Positions 41,509 through 54,696 of a DNA stretch of 64,000 bases are shown one piece after another. The stretch is taken from assembly GCF_036588685.1 (NCBI RefSeq), contig NW_026963318.1:1674001-1738000 (forward strand). The letters are read 5' to 3'. This stretch comes from Mytilus trossulus (taxonomy: Eukaryota). Position numbers and translations under genes: made by a program. The notes beneath the pieces are model-generated. The model was not told where the DNA came from and did not search any database. It saw only the letters and a list, made by a program, of their open reading frames with translations. Every line of letters begins with the position of its first letter. Positions within the stretch are counted from its first letter, which is position 1.

Positions 41509-43016
41509 AAAAAACTTTTTAACAGCCAATTAGTTAGGAACTCTTGGTTGTCATATATGCTGTTATCAATTTCATGTTGGTTTGGCTCTTTTCCGTTTGC
41601 ATGAAGTCTAGGATAATTTGTTTATATATTTAATTTGGTGTTGAAAGTTTTGTTAAAAATGTCGCTTTGAGAAAAGTGCAAGTTGTCGATATTTACTGTA
41701 TCAATTGTATACATTTGGAATATTGGTGTAGTTTTTGAACAATTTTCTTAATATTTTAGTTGGACGATTTTGATTGATTACATTGTATATTTGTTTTAAT
41801 GTGTCGTGCCTTTTAAGTGATTTCTTATTAATTGAGAGTCTTGTCACTTAAAATATATTCCAATTCTAATGTTATTTTCAAAAACAAGACAAGTAACTGC
41901 ACATGAAATTAATAACTTTCCTATTGAATCATTGATAAATGGATAATATTTACTTATTGATGGGTTTTACGTGACAGATTTGGAGATCGTATTCAGGGAT
42001 GGCGTGATGAGAAGTCATAAATGTGCAGCATGTTATGTTTTCTCTGACTGAGATTGATTTGTCTGCAGTTTTTCAAATAATCAATGCGAAAGTAATCTAC
42101 ATTATTCAGTTTGTCAAATCATTTCTTTATATATCTTTTTAAATTTTTCGTTGCCATTTGTAGAAAAATGCAATTAACTGTGTAAAGACTATTAAATACA
42201 GAATGGACATGCTGCATATTCACAAAATATAATGTCGCATTCAATAAAAAATTCCTGACATCTGTAATATTGCACGAATAAAACTCAACTGCCATACTCC
42301 TGACTTGGTAAAATTGATTTGTTTATCAAGCAATAGTCCACTAAACTTAAAAATCGAAATATGATGTGAAGTTCAGCTAGCTCTAAAACCAGGTACAATC
42401 AACCATATCTACATAAAAAAAGTCTGTTGGATTTCATTATTCTTCTTCAGTCTGTTCATCTTTTCTTTGAACATAATGGTGCTTATACGTTTCAACAGAC
42501 AATGTTCGTTTTCCAAACAATCAAGAAGTTAGTTCTATCTGAAGACTCTGTAATAGTTTTTAACTGATATATGATTCATATATAAATGTACCATATACAT
42601 AAAACAAATCACATCTTTTCAAAGAATTCACTTCGCCTAATTTTGAGCTGAACAAAATAATATATATAAATACTGTTTTATTGATGATATTGTTTATAAG
42701 CTAATAATAATAATGTAAAGATTATGTAGTCAGTCCAATACCATATCAGACGATTTTGATCCAAGAGGCCCAGTAAAGTTTATAGCTATCCCTTCAGACA
42801 AACTATGCATAAGTATGAAATTTGTAATCTTATAGTTCCTTTTTCTGACATCTAAACATAACTAAATTAAAGATGACATACACTGTAAAATCATTGTCAA
42901 TGGCATTACTTGTAATGTTATGGTAAATCAGATCATGTGTAAGTTAAAACAACTCATGACAGTTTAACTGGTGCTCTTAAAATAATTGCCACATATACTG
43001 TAGATGTATTGACAAA

Positions 43017-43769
43017 TTATCCAGTTTGCTATATCCTTTAACTTTTGCTTCACAGATGATGTTTTTAAGTAAACAATTCAAAATTTGGTGACTCTGTTGA
43101 AAGAATCTAACCTATCGAACTATAGATAAAGGATACTACAAATACACATAATTCTGCCTCATATCTTGACTTTCAATTGACAATGAGTGTCGGTTGAAAA
43201 CAAAACTTTATGACAAAAGAGATGATTTCAGTTTCCAGATTGTGACCTCCCATTCTATGTAGAAACATTCAAGCAGCGTCTTCATACGCAGTACATATTC
43301 CTAATTGATACAATATTCCTTTTCTTGCATTTCCGATAATGATTTTTTTAATTGACGGTTGCTACTCAAAAAGAAACTAGTAAACCAAGAGTCCAAGATG
43401 GTGAAGTTGAAATCATCCCTTCTTAAATTTTACAGACGCCATCACGATTTGGCTCACATATGATATCGGATATGTTCCTTATGTCGTAACTACCATCCCC
43501 TTACCTTGTCACGAATGTGACCTACCGAAACAGACTATTTACTTGATTTGTAATAAAATAAGCAACACGACGGAGGAAACTTATGAAGCAGGATTTGTTC
43601 ACACTTCCGCAGCACCTGATATCACCCCCAGTGTCTTGTCGCGTTTGTGTTGCTTAATCTTTAGTTTGTCGTGTCCTGTGCACTGTTTGTCTGTTTCTAT
43701 TTTAGCCATGGCGTTTTCAGTTTATGTTTATGAGATTGAACATCCCTTTGGTATCTTTCGCCCCTCCTT
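43017..43769 (+). mobile_element. Degraded Penelope-like retroelement fragment
   Basis: IKDTTNTHNSASYLD...RLKTKLYDKRDDFSF with frameshifts; same family as 17513-18204; absent in other units. Confidence 0.85.
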
Positions 43770-44089
43770 TAATGCTCTTATTGAAACAAGAAAAATGGCA
43801 ATAGTGTTTATTGCAACACTGTTACTAAATCACTGGTATGCAGCACCGATCTCAATAACTTTGATGTCAAATTTTAATTTGCATGCTAATACCCAAATTA
43901 AGGCCTATCTTACTATTTTAAAGCTTACATTATTGATCTTTCAAAAGTTGTTGAATGAAAGTTTTAAGTCGCAAATAAAAAAAATCATTAGCTTAAACAA
44001 TTACAATTGTTTGGACAGTTACATGTATATATGATGTTCTCTTCGATTTTTTAAAAGTTTCACTTCAATAATAATTTTGTGTTGCTTAC

Positions 44090-44150
44090 CTGAGTAGCAG
44101 TTATAAATAAGCAGCACATGGTACAATACAATGATGAATGTGGTGTCCAT
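44090..44150 (-). CDS. Signal-peptide first coding exon, copy C (MDTTFIIVLYHVLLIYNCYS + phase-1 G)
   Basis: ATG, intact frame and donor CAG|GTAAGC. Confidence 0.7.
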
Positions 44151-45250
44151 TAAAACATTTATCCAAAGACAGATTTCTTAATAATACATATACATATACA
44201 TGCATTGCTGTATACAGATGTCATATCAAATGATATGAATGAGCATTATTCCAGTCTAGTTTTAAAAAACCACCATAATATATCTATCTTCTCAGTGCAG
44301 TTGAAAAAAACAAAGTGGATAGAGAAAACAAACTGTCCAATAATCAAATAGTCGGTCAAATAAAAAGATATATTTGCTGTACTAATAAATCCCAACTTTA
44401 TCTTATTTTCTTTTCCTGAACTTTTGTTTTGAATTTTCATACTCGATATGTTTTTATCTGCTAGTAAACCCGTTTTGCACTTTCGTTATAAGAACGAAAA
44501 ATATAGTCCAATTACATTAAAGTGTTTATAAAAAATAAACAAATATGTCACATCTAAAGTTGTCTACACAATTTGTGTTTGTAATTCCTTAATTTATATA
44601 TAACTGTTTACACTTACGTATTAAACGTTTTGTCTGTATCAGTTAAAAAAACCTTAACGAATATACGTCCATTTATAAATTATAAGTTTGAAATAGACAA
44701 TGAAAAAAACGTATATTAATCGATTGTGTCCTGATGAACTAGACATATTACTCAATTTCTCATTACAGAAATTTTAATCATTCCGATGATAAAACTTGAC
44801 ACTATTCACATCATGCACATTACAAGAAAGAACCAAAAAAATCATCATATTGTCTGGTTTTCATTAACACATGTAATTATCATGGATTCGATTTAGTATA
44901 TTAATTTATAATAAGCAGAAATGCTTCATATCTAAAATGTGTACATGATCAAGGTTTTTACCAAAAAAACCCATTTAATTCTAATAAACACATGTTATGA
45001 TACAATCATGAAAGTTCGAGTTGTAGAACATTTTCTTTCATTTTTCCTTGCATTATTGTGGCATTGTCACATGCAACACGTGCTTACATGAATGTTGGAT
45101 TGTTTGAAGGAAAACAATTTGATTTTTGATTGTTTATCAATCGTTTTCAGCCAATCAAAAGTACGGATGTTCATGAAACATACAAGTTGGTTTTTTATAT
45201 TACACATACAACTTAAAATGACATCTTGTAAAATACTTATTCTTCTTTAA

Positions 45251-46694
45251 GAAGTATTCTTCTGACATTTCAGTCTCGTTCAGTCTCGTCGAAATCTCGT
45301 TCTGGAATTATTTCTAAAAATGTGATACTAGTGAAAAATATCAAGGAATTTAAAAAATGTAATAATCCTACTTAATTCTGTGAAAAAAAATGGGTATTTC
45401 CAATGAGAAGTTTTTGAGTAATTTTTTTTATTTTTTTTTATTACTAATCAAGTCAGCATTTTTAGCCACAATTTTGAGAAAATGAGTGAAGGATACAACA
45501 AATGATTTCACTAGAAACATGAACATCCAATATACCTTTTTTCTTTTCAAATTTCTTAGATATATATTTTTCAATCATTTATAACAAAGAAGTTAAAAAA
45601 ATATGCAAATTGTAATTAAAACGGAGAAAAATCACAAAGGAGTAGGTCCGGTAAGGACCGATTTTGTCCTCAAATTTCAGTTTCATCTGACGAAAGATTT
45701 TGACCACTTTTTAAACACTTAAGTGTCTATTTCATTTGATTCCATTATTTTTTGTGACAGATTTTAACTCATTTAGTCATAAAAAACGATCCGATTTCAG
45801 CGAAATATGAAAAATCTACCAAATATGCGAAAAAATGTCACTTTTCAGATAGTTTTTGTCAAAAATGAAAGTGGCCGCATCCGTGTTCATCCTAAATCTT
45901 TATAGATGTTATGTATTATTATCAAGTACAACTTCCATTTTAATATTTTGGATGAACACGAATGCGGCCACTTTCGTTTTCCACGTAAACCGTCTAAAAT
46001 TTAGCTAAAATGCTCGAATTTTGATGATTTCAGTAATTTAGCATGACTTAATGGTGCTAGTACTCAATATATATGCATTTTATTGCAAAAAAACAGCCAA
46101 TATTTATGTAGCCGAACCATTCTACTATCCAATAAATAACTAAAAGTTTACATTTTACCAATTTTGTAAAACTGCTATATTTTGGGGACAAAAAGGGCTC
46201 TTACCGGACCTACTCCTTTACAAAATGGACAACATATAAAAAAGAATATGTGGGATTATTTCTGATGAGACAACTATCCACAAAAGACAAAAATGACACA
46301 AACATTAACAATTATAGGTTACCGTACGGCCTTTAACATGGTAAATTTGAGACAAAAACATCAAAATATGATACAACTTTTTTATATTAACACCTACCTA
46401 TAGGTTTTTTTTTTTAATTCAGATTGATTCAGATTGGTCCCCTTCATTTTTTTTTGAAAGTATTACAAAAAGTTTAATTGTGGAAATGTGACTGTAGCTC
46501 AAAAAAAGGTAAAAATTGATAAAAAATGGAAAAATCATCAAAATTGGCAACTTTTAAATGGCTGTAGAAAAAAAAAGAAGTGCACCATGAATTTTTCTTC
46601 GCCAATTATTTTTTTACAGTCATATAAACCAAAACACAAGTTTAGAAAAAAAGTTTAATTCTAGAATTTTTTGGCTCCTCAGAGGTGAACATTC
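45251..46694. mobile_element. ~1.45-kb composite DNA-transposon insertion between promoter C and module E7
   Basis: Starts after TTAA and ends TCAGAGGTGAACATTC; the site is contiguous in units A (23782) and B (35262). Confidence 0.7.
45638..46217. mobile_element. Nested MITE with AGGAGTAGGTCCGGTAAG TIRs
   Basis: Perfect 18-bp TIR; related termini at 27393-27971. Confidence 0.85.
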
Positions 46695-46742
46695 TCAAAC
46701 AATGCAGTTTTTCTGAGTTTCAATTTAAGTTGTTTTTATTTT

Positions 46743-47200
46743 AGTTTTGATGCAATACTTATGATGAATTGTGTATCTCCTTTATCTTAAAATGAAATCA
46801 TAATTTGTTCTTTTGCATACGATTCACACGATTTGTATAACATATATCAATGTAGCATTAAATGAATCAACTTTGTTTCAACTTGAATCAAAGCTTTATA
46901 TTTGGAATTATTTCTTTCATGCTCAATCAAGCTACAATTACCACATGTGAATCCGTAAAACAGAACTTACGTTATTTATCAGCTCACACATTACATTTAG
47001 AATTGATTGAAGCTAATTTTGATGTTACGGGTGTCCGCAAGTTGTGAAGATTCTTTATCAACTGTTGTTGCGGTTTCTTTGGGATGGATGTAGAACCGTT
47101 TCTTGAAACTTCGGGGAGATGAAAAGAAAACATTTGTGTTTATGTTTAACTTATCAAGATTCTTGTGCATGTGAGCGGGATTTTATGAATTTAGGTAATT
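46743..47200. promoter_or_regulatory. Module E, copy 7
   Basis: CACATGTG, TTATCAGCTCACAC, TGCGGT (47069-47074) and CTTATCAAGATTC; the kB position is degenerate. Confidence 0.5.
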
Positions 47201-50200
47201 AGAAATCTTATTTGCAATTCTCGTCTGTTGAAACATAAAGATGTTACATTTCAAAAGAGATCTATAATTAAAGAACTTTTAAATCATGCAAACCAGTACA
47301 GTCCATGCGCTAAATTTAAATGGTCAGTCCAGTTTAGTCAAGATGTTACATGTTTACGTCATCTTACTAGTCAATTTTCTATGTTCATGTTTACATCAAT
47401 TATTAAAAACCATTTTATATAACATGTCTTACTTTGAGGGATTAACAGGGTGTTCAACGTCCATCTACAAATATCAAAATCATTTCAGGCAAATAATTTT
47501 TAATAGGAACTGTGTTTTATAGTTGACTACTGAAGCGTATATTTATAATGTGCTTTTTATCAAGGTACACTTTGATAACCACAGGGCGACTAGTCATCTT
47601 AAAAGGGCAAATTAATCTGACTACCTGTCAATCGGTCTTTGTTTTTACCCCTAAATATTTGTTTAGTAGCGGAAAACCTAAAAACTTGTTTTTAAGTCTT
47701 TGATTGGATCAGTAACTCTATTCAGATCATACCTACGACCATCTGTAGCTGAGGATGCTAATATTTCAGTCAAACCATTTATGAGGATAATTATCTTATG
47801 CATTTAAGAGTTTTTCGGTGTTTCGTTAATCATACGATTTAACCTTCTGGTTAAAACCTGACGAGAACAAGTCGAGAGTGGATACCTAGGGGTTAAAATA
47901 ATATAATTAACGATACACCCAAAAATTAACAAAAATGTGGAATTTTCGTTTTATATTATTAAACTGTTGCTGTTTTAAAATTTCATGTTCCATTTTAAGT
48001 GTCCACAAAATCTATCTGCAGGACGACTAAAAAAGCGGCCCCAAAAATTAAAGAGAAAAAATAAGAACAGTGGGGAAAGAATAAAATTGATAAAATTATA
48101 CCGTTGATGAAAATGAGAGAATTACCGAAATATATTTTACGCAAGGCTATGCTAGGTAAACTAATTATTTATCTTACCAAAACAAAAACATCAGTTTCAT
48201 TGGAAGATACTAGTTAAAGTTAATTCTAAACACAAAAAGTTATTAAATAAAGTCTAAATATTTCCGATCTATCTATTTTTGGACTATAAAAGTCAATACG
48301 ATCGTTTTAGGGTCGTTTTCGTTTATCTCATACATCTTGTCAGGCACTATATTTATGTTGTTACGTTTCGAAAACGTGAAACTCTGACATCAAATGTGTG
48401 TTAGTTAAAACTAACAGAAATTAATATCTGTTACATAATTTTATCAAAATTCATGGAATAATATCTGACCATTAAAACTGCACCAGTTGTTGAGGTTAAA
48501 CAATGTTTCACACGGAGATGTATATAAATAAACTGTTGTTTTATTAAGTTTGTTGAAAATGGAACTCGAATAATTAATCTGCATTAAAGTGCTTCTTGAA
48601 CTATAGTATGTTTATATCATACAGTATCTAAAGTATGATGAATGTTAAGTCATGCGTTATGTGTTGTATAAACAAAATATGAGGAACTGAACACTATCAT
48701 AGGTCATCTTATGCTTTCATCTTGTACTCAGTTATTTTAATATTCAAAATAGCGCTGTTCACATAACATATACTAGCTATTCAATTAGCTTACTCGTTTG
48801 TTTTTCTAATATCCTGTTTACATTACGAGAAAACGGAAACATTCGAATTACTATGTACCCTAAAGTTCAATCAGTGTCATCATCCTGTTTTCGTTAAATT
48901 TAAGGAATTACTTAAAGAAAAAAGAGAGAAATTTAACGAATATATTGAAAACTCGTATTAGTTATTCTATAATGCCTATCTGGGGATGCGTTTGAATTGA
49001 TACATTGACATTTCATTAACACCATATGCATTTGATTTGGAAACTTGAATAGCAGATATAAACTAATCGGTTTTATCTACATCTTTAATCTCAAAACATA
49101 ATATTTTTCTAGTTTTCGTAAGAAAAAAAATGCTTCTTTATTCAGATGAAGCAGTTTAGACATTTGCGAAGGGTATCTTCTTTTACTACCCCGTATTACA
49201 ATAATAATCATTCAATTCTTCTAATGCTTTTTTGTGTTGCAACCATATAACTACAAATCATAGAGTTATTGCATTTGTTTAAAAAAGAAAGAAGATGTTG
49301 TGTACTTGTCAATAAAACAGATATTCACTAATGATCACATGATTCATGAATTAATAGCTATAGGTCAACGTACGACCTTCAACAATGAGCAAAGCTAATA
49401 CCGTATAGTCTGCTATAATAAAAAAAAAGCTCGAAAAGACTGACGTAAAACAAAGCAAACGAGAAAAGTAACACCATAATTCATGCAAAAAAAATCACTC
49501 AAAGAAGAAAGTTTCATCACGATAACGATAAGTATTGTTTAATCTATCAATTAAATGCAATTAAGACGAGATATACTGAATTTGGTCATAAATTATGATT
49601 CATAACAGCACACGTATTACAATTATTACAAGTCTTCTATTTAAGGTAAATAATTACTGTGAAGTTATCATGAAAAATATGTGCTGTCATTAATGTTAAA
49701 TTTTATTAAGAAATGCATTTTTTATTAGAATGCCTTGCAAATGTTTTCATCCTTTCAAAGTACGAATGTCATATCACATACATGTAATGTAATTAATGCA
49801 TCATATTATAGCATTTCTGTAATATTTATTGAAATTTTCTAGACACCCATATCTTATCTTTATCATTGAATCCTTAAAAAAAGAAAAGAAAACAGTTATA
49901 TTTTAATTGCCACCCACTACCTTAAAATGTTTTGTAACAATTATATGGCACATAAGTCAGTATTGCCATTTACCGTATCAGCAATTTTATCAGTAGTATT
50001 TAACAATCAGTTGCAAGAAGTATCATGCACTTATCAAATTACTTTTGAACCAATAGCTTTGCTACCATTAGACTTATTGATAAGGAGAGTTAATATTTTG
50101 TAAATGTGCCGCCCTAATGTTAAGTATGTGTTCAAAAATAACATTGTTAATCTTGGCTTTAACCATGTTTAATAACATATTGATAAAAGTATTATTCAAA

Positions 50201-51567
50201 AGCTTTACAACAATTTTTATATAATAAACTCTTGCCGCTTTACAGAACTCAGAATATTTGATTATTGACGTGTTTATTTGTTGAAAACTGTATGATGTCC
50301 TTAAGATACACTATGGTAAGTTTTGTTGTCAGGTTGCTGTTTGATTTTCGTTTTGCCCACATTGAAAACTCTTCAAATTAAAATCATAATTAAAACAATG
50401 ATCTCTTGAACAATTCCTTACAAGTTTTGCAAATCTGACAACCCTATAACTGTTAAATTATATTCACGACTTCTGTTTTTTATTTATACAATATGAGGAT
50501 GTTAGAAATGGGCTCGAGCTCTTTGCACTCTTAAAATGATATGTTGTCATTGTGCGTGCAAGTCGAATACTTCTGGTGATAAGATCTTCAAGTGCATTAC
50601 GTTAAGGAATGTGTTAAAACACATCACATGCTTATCATACAATTTGAACGTATATTTACAATGTATCTTGAAAGATCATCTGGAATCATTCAGAAGATCT
50701 CTCTTTTTTTTTTTTACAAACAATGTTTCAGGAAGCTGCTATAGACCTTGCAGATCTAAATAGCTCTACGCAAATAGAGAGGCAAATATACTAAATGGAC
50801 ATTCAAACTGATGACGACGGGGCTTTGATAAATCCTTGCAAAGAGGTGTATAAGTGGTTTAGCCGTTCGACAGCATTTTGCTAGGATAAGAAACAGAATT
50901 TTAAAATGCATATAAATTCCGTAAAACCGAAAGTTATTAGACATTTAATAAAAACAAGTTTTCTATGTTATGTCATGTGTACTATTGTTTTTTCTGTTTG
51001 TCTTTTTCATTTTTAGCCACGGCGTTGTCAGTTTGTTTTAGATTTATGAGTTTGACTGTATCTTTCATCCCTCTTTTAATGAAGTTTATTTCTTCTAAGC
51101 GTTATGATCCTTCTCTCTTTCCCATTACTTATCCAATTTCCCTTTTCATTCCCTTCGTCGATGAACAAAAGAGCATTGCTCAGTAGTGTTGCAGACAATA
51201 TGCATCAATTTCTTTTTTAACAAGACCATATAGTTGATATCAAATCTTTAAAAAAAATGTTTGTTAAAAGTCTTTGATTTACTCAGTTTCATATAGGCCA
51301 ATCATATCATTGATTTTTTGTTGGTCGTAGTTGGATCTATATTATTCGCATCTATGTTTTAAATGGATATGTTGGTAAGTATAGTTACCACGCGTATAAT
51401 TTTTATTTTTCTTATTATTGCATAATGCTCATCAGCTGATGTCAGGGTAATCCAGTCCAATCTAGTAAAGAGCTAAAAAAGTAACTGCCTATCATCCATG
51501 ATCTGCAATCAAAAACGATTTCACAAAAGACCAAAATAATTAAGATATAAATAAACTTTTCATACAT

Positions 51568-51907
51568 AACAGGATTAAATTTTGTATTGACGCTAGACGC
51601 GCTTTTCGTCTATAAACGACTCTTTAGTGACGCTCCTAAAAAGCTTAAAAGACCAAATAAAGTACGAAGTTGAAGAGCATTGAGTACCAAAGTTCCATAA
51701 AGTTTTGTCAAATAAAGCTATGGTAATCTACTCCTGAGGTAGAAAAGTATTTAGTTTTTTCTAAAAAACAGGTTTTGTAAAAAGTTAATTTATTAAAATG
51801 ACCATATCAAGGATGATTCATGTCAGCACAAAGTGCTGACTACTGGTCTAGTGATACCCTCGGGGAATTAAAACTTCACCAGTAGTGGAATCGATCCAGT
51901 GGTTGTA
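51568..51907 (+). repeat. Dispersed repeat family R2
   Basis: Matches 3192-3452 and 41228-41508. Confidence 0.8.
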
Positions 51908-54299
51908 AGTTACACATGTTGATAACTGAGTGAACTATGGCTGGTGTCCTTGTTAATGTTCAATTAGCAATAGAGACAGAACACTTGATTGTCATAAGTG
52001 CTGTTATCAATTTCATGCTGGCTGCAATAGCAGCATAACATCAAACGAATTTGTTGTTTTAAACTATCAAATTGCAGTCAGTAAGTTCTTCGCCTTAAAA
52101 AACACTGAGATATAACTTACGTAACATGATGATATACTACTAATTTGTAATCTAAAATGTTTTAAGTGTTTAACTCATTTAATGCTCATGCATGGGATAA
52201 GATTTGAAATGATGTGATAACAAATTCAGAATTCAGAACTCCGTCGAAACAAATACTATTTTGTGCATAACCTTCATACATTTTACAATGTTATTTCATT
52301 CCTTGAAATACATATTGAATTTTACACTTGAATCTTAAAAGTTTATGTTTCATACTTTATGTCAACCATGCATACAGTTTGATTATTGTTGCACAGACAT
52401 TCATGTAATTATTTATACACTTTACTGTCTAGCGTTATTAACGGAATGTTGTCAAGTAGACTGACATGCTGAAGGTTACCATAGTACTATTGTACTGAAA
52501 CTTGTATGCTTTTCCGTAATTATATTGTCTCGACTTATCGGTTGAATAATCACTTATTTAGAATAAATAATTCGTTAGGTTATGTTGTGTTGCAACCTTT
52601 GTTCATAGTGCAAGTCGGTATTTATTGTTTAACACACAGTAACAATATTGATTGAGTCTCTGATAAATTTCTACAACTTTTAGTCGGCCGATTTTGTATT
52701 TTTGCATCATATACATTTTTGCATTGTGCTTTTCTTTGAACTACTTCCTTTTCTTATGTGAATCATAAAAAGATGACGTGTTACGGCAAATGAAAAATAT
52801 CTTTCGTATTGAATCATCGATTAATGGATTAACTGTTACGCAGTACTTATTGATAGGTTTTACGAGACTTGATATTACAAATTCCGAGAAGTGTTTAAGG
52901 AATGGCGTGATGAGAACTCATAAATGTGCATCATGATGTGTTTTCTCTGCCTAGCATTGATTTGTCTGCAGTTTTACAAATGATCAATACGAGAGTAACT
53001 TACATTATTTAGTTTGTCAATTTATCAAACGAACGTTACTTTATATACTACATTAAATTGTTCTTTGCAATCTGTACACAAATGCAATTAACTGTCTAAA
53101 GATAATAAATAAAGTATATACGTGCTGCATATTAACGAAATCTTATGTCGCCAATCATTAATAAGTTATCAAAATATGAAGTATGAAGCTATATAAAAAC
53201 TCAAAATTAGTACACTACATTAATTTATCAAACAATAGTCTATCAATCATTAGACAGGAACGAAAGATAGTGAAACGTTTAGCCTGCTAACAATTATTCA
53301 TGAGAACATGTCGATACCAAGTCATGAATATAATATGGTAGTTGTTTTCTATTCCTTTGATTTTCTTCTGCTTTTAAGTTTGAAATTTGATAAGTGACTT
53401 TTAGTTATGAATTTTCTTTAGAGTTCCTTATTTTACCTTTGTCTGTTTGTCTTTTCTTTGGACATGATGCTTTTTACTTTTCAATTTTAGATTTTTCGTT
53501 AACTTATCCAAACGTAAGTTCTATCATAAGAAATTGTAATATTTTTTACTAATATATGACCCAAGAACAAAATCTAATCTTTTCGTCAAATTCGCCAAAT
53601 TTTGAGCTTTGAACAAAAAGTAATTGTTTTCTTTTAACAGGACATAAATACTGTTTTATTGATGATATTGTTTATATGCTAATAATGACTACGTAGAGAT
53701 TATACATTACGTCCAATTTAACATCAGACAATTTTGAAACAAAATGAGAACTTGACACCTATCCATTCAAACGAAATAATGCATAAGTATGTATTTTTTT
53801 TTTATCTTTCTTAAAAGTTTTTCTGACATCTGAACTGAACTATATACAAAATGACATAATTACCCTATACAATCATTTTTCATGACATTGCTTGTTATGT
53901 TATCAAGGTTAATCAGATCCTGTGAATGTTGGACGATTGATTCAGACTCATAGCAATCTAATTTGTGTTCTTAAAATAATTTCCACAACTACTGTAGATA
54001 TATTTAATGCTATAATTAAAAAAACAAAAATGGCAATACTTTTTATTCCAACACTGTTTACTAAATCACAGGTGTGCAACACCGATTGCAATAACTATGA
54101 TAAATTTTATTCAACATGGTATATGCTTAAATTTAGGCAGATTTTATTGTTTTATGACTGATGTAATTGATCTTTAGGGTTAAAGTATTTAGGGGCAAAT
54201 AAAAAAAAAACCAAAAAACGGATTAGCTTCTTTAATTATTATAATGAAATCTTGGAATTGGATTAAGTTTCACTCAAGTTAAACGTGTGTGTTGCTTAC

Positions 54300-54360
54300 C
54301 TGAGTAGCAGTTGTAGAAAAGCAGCACATGGGACAGGAGAACTATGAATGTAATGTCCAT
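54300..54360 (-). CDS. Signal-peptide first coding exon, copy D (MDITFIVLLSHVLLFYNCYS + phase-1 G)
   Basis: ATG, intact frame and donor CAG|GTAAGC. Confidence 0.75.
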
Positions 54361-54696
54361 TAAAACATATATCCAACGACAGATTTCCTAATATCATACA
54401 TACATATACATTTATTGCTGTCCACAGATATCATATCCAAGGAAATATAAGAGCATTGTTCCAGATTTTTTTTGAAACCATCACAATATAAGTATCTCAT
54501 CACTGCAGTTAAAAAACACAGTGAACAATGAAAACCAACTGTCCGATAATCATATACTCAGTAAAATGAAAATATATTTTTCCTGTACTAATATATTCCA
54601 ACTTTACTTTATTATGTATTCTTTTCCTGAACTTCTTTTGCTTAATTTCTAGACTCGATATGTTTTTGTCTGCTAGTAATACCTTTCTGCACTTAC

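Noticed and set aside
42001-42065. Possible C/D snoRNA (GTGATGA...CTGA)
   Set aside because: Boxes are too close together and not conserved in the paralogous T blocks.
43543-44034. 163-aa ORF
   Set aside because: Chance read-through from the non-coding end of a Penelope-like fragment into unit sequence. The MAIVFIATLL-like part is frameshifted in paralogs.
22687-54360. Naming the gene family of the signal exons (e.g. antimicrobial peptide or receptor phosphatase)
   Set aside because: Twenty residues of leader cannot identify the family, and no mature-domain exon is visible.
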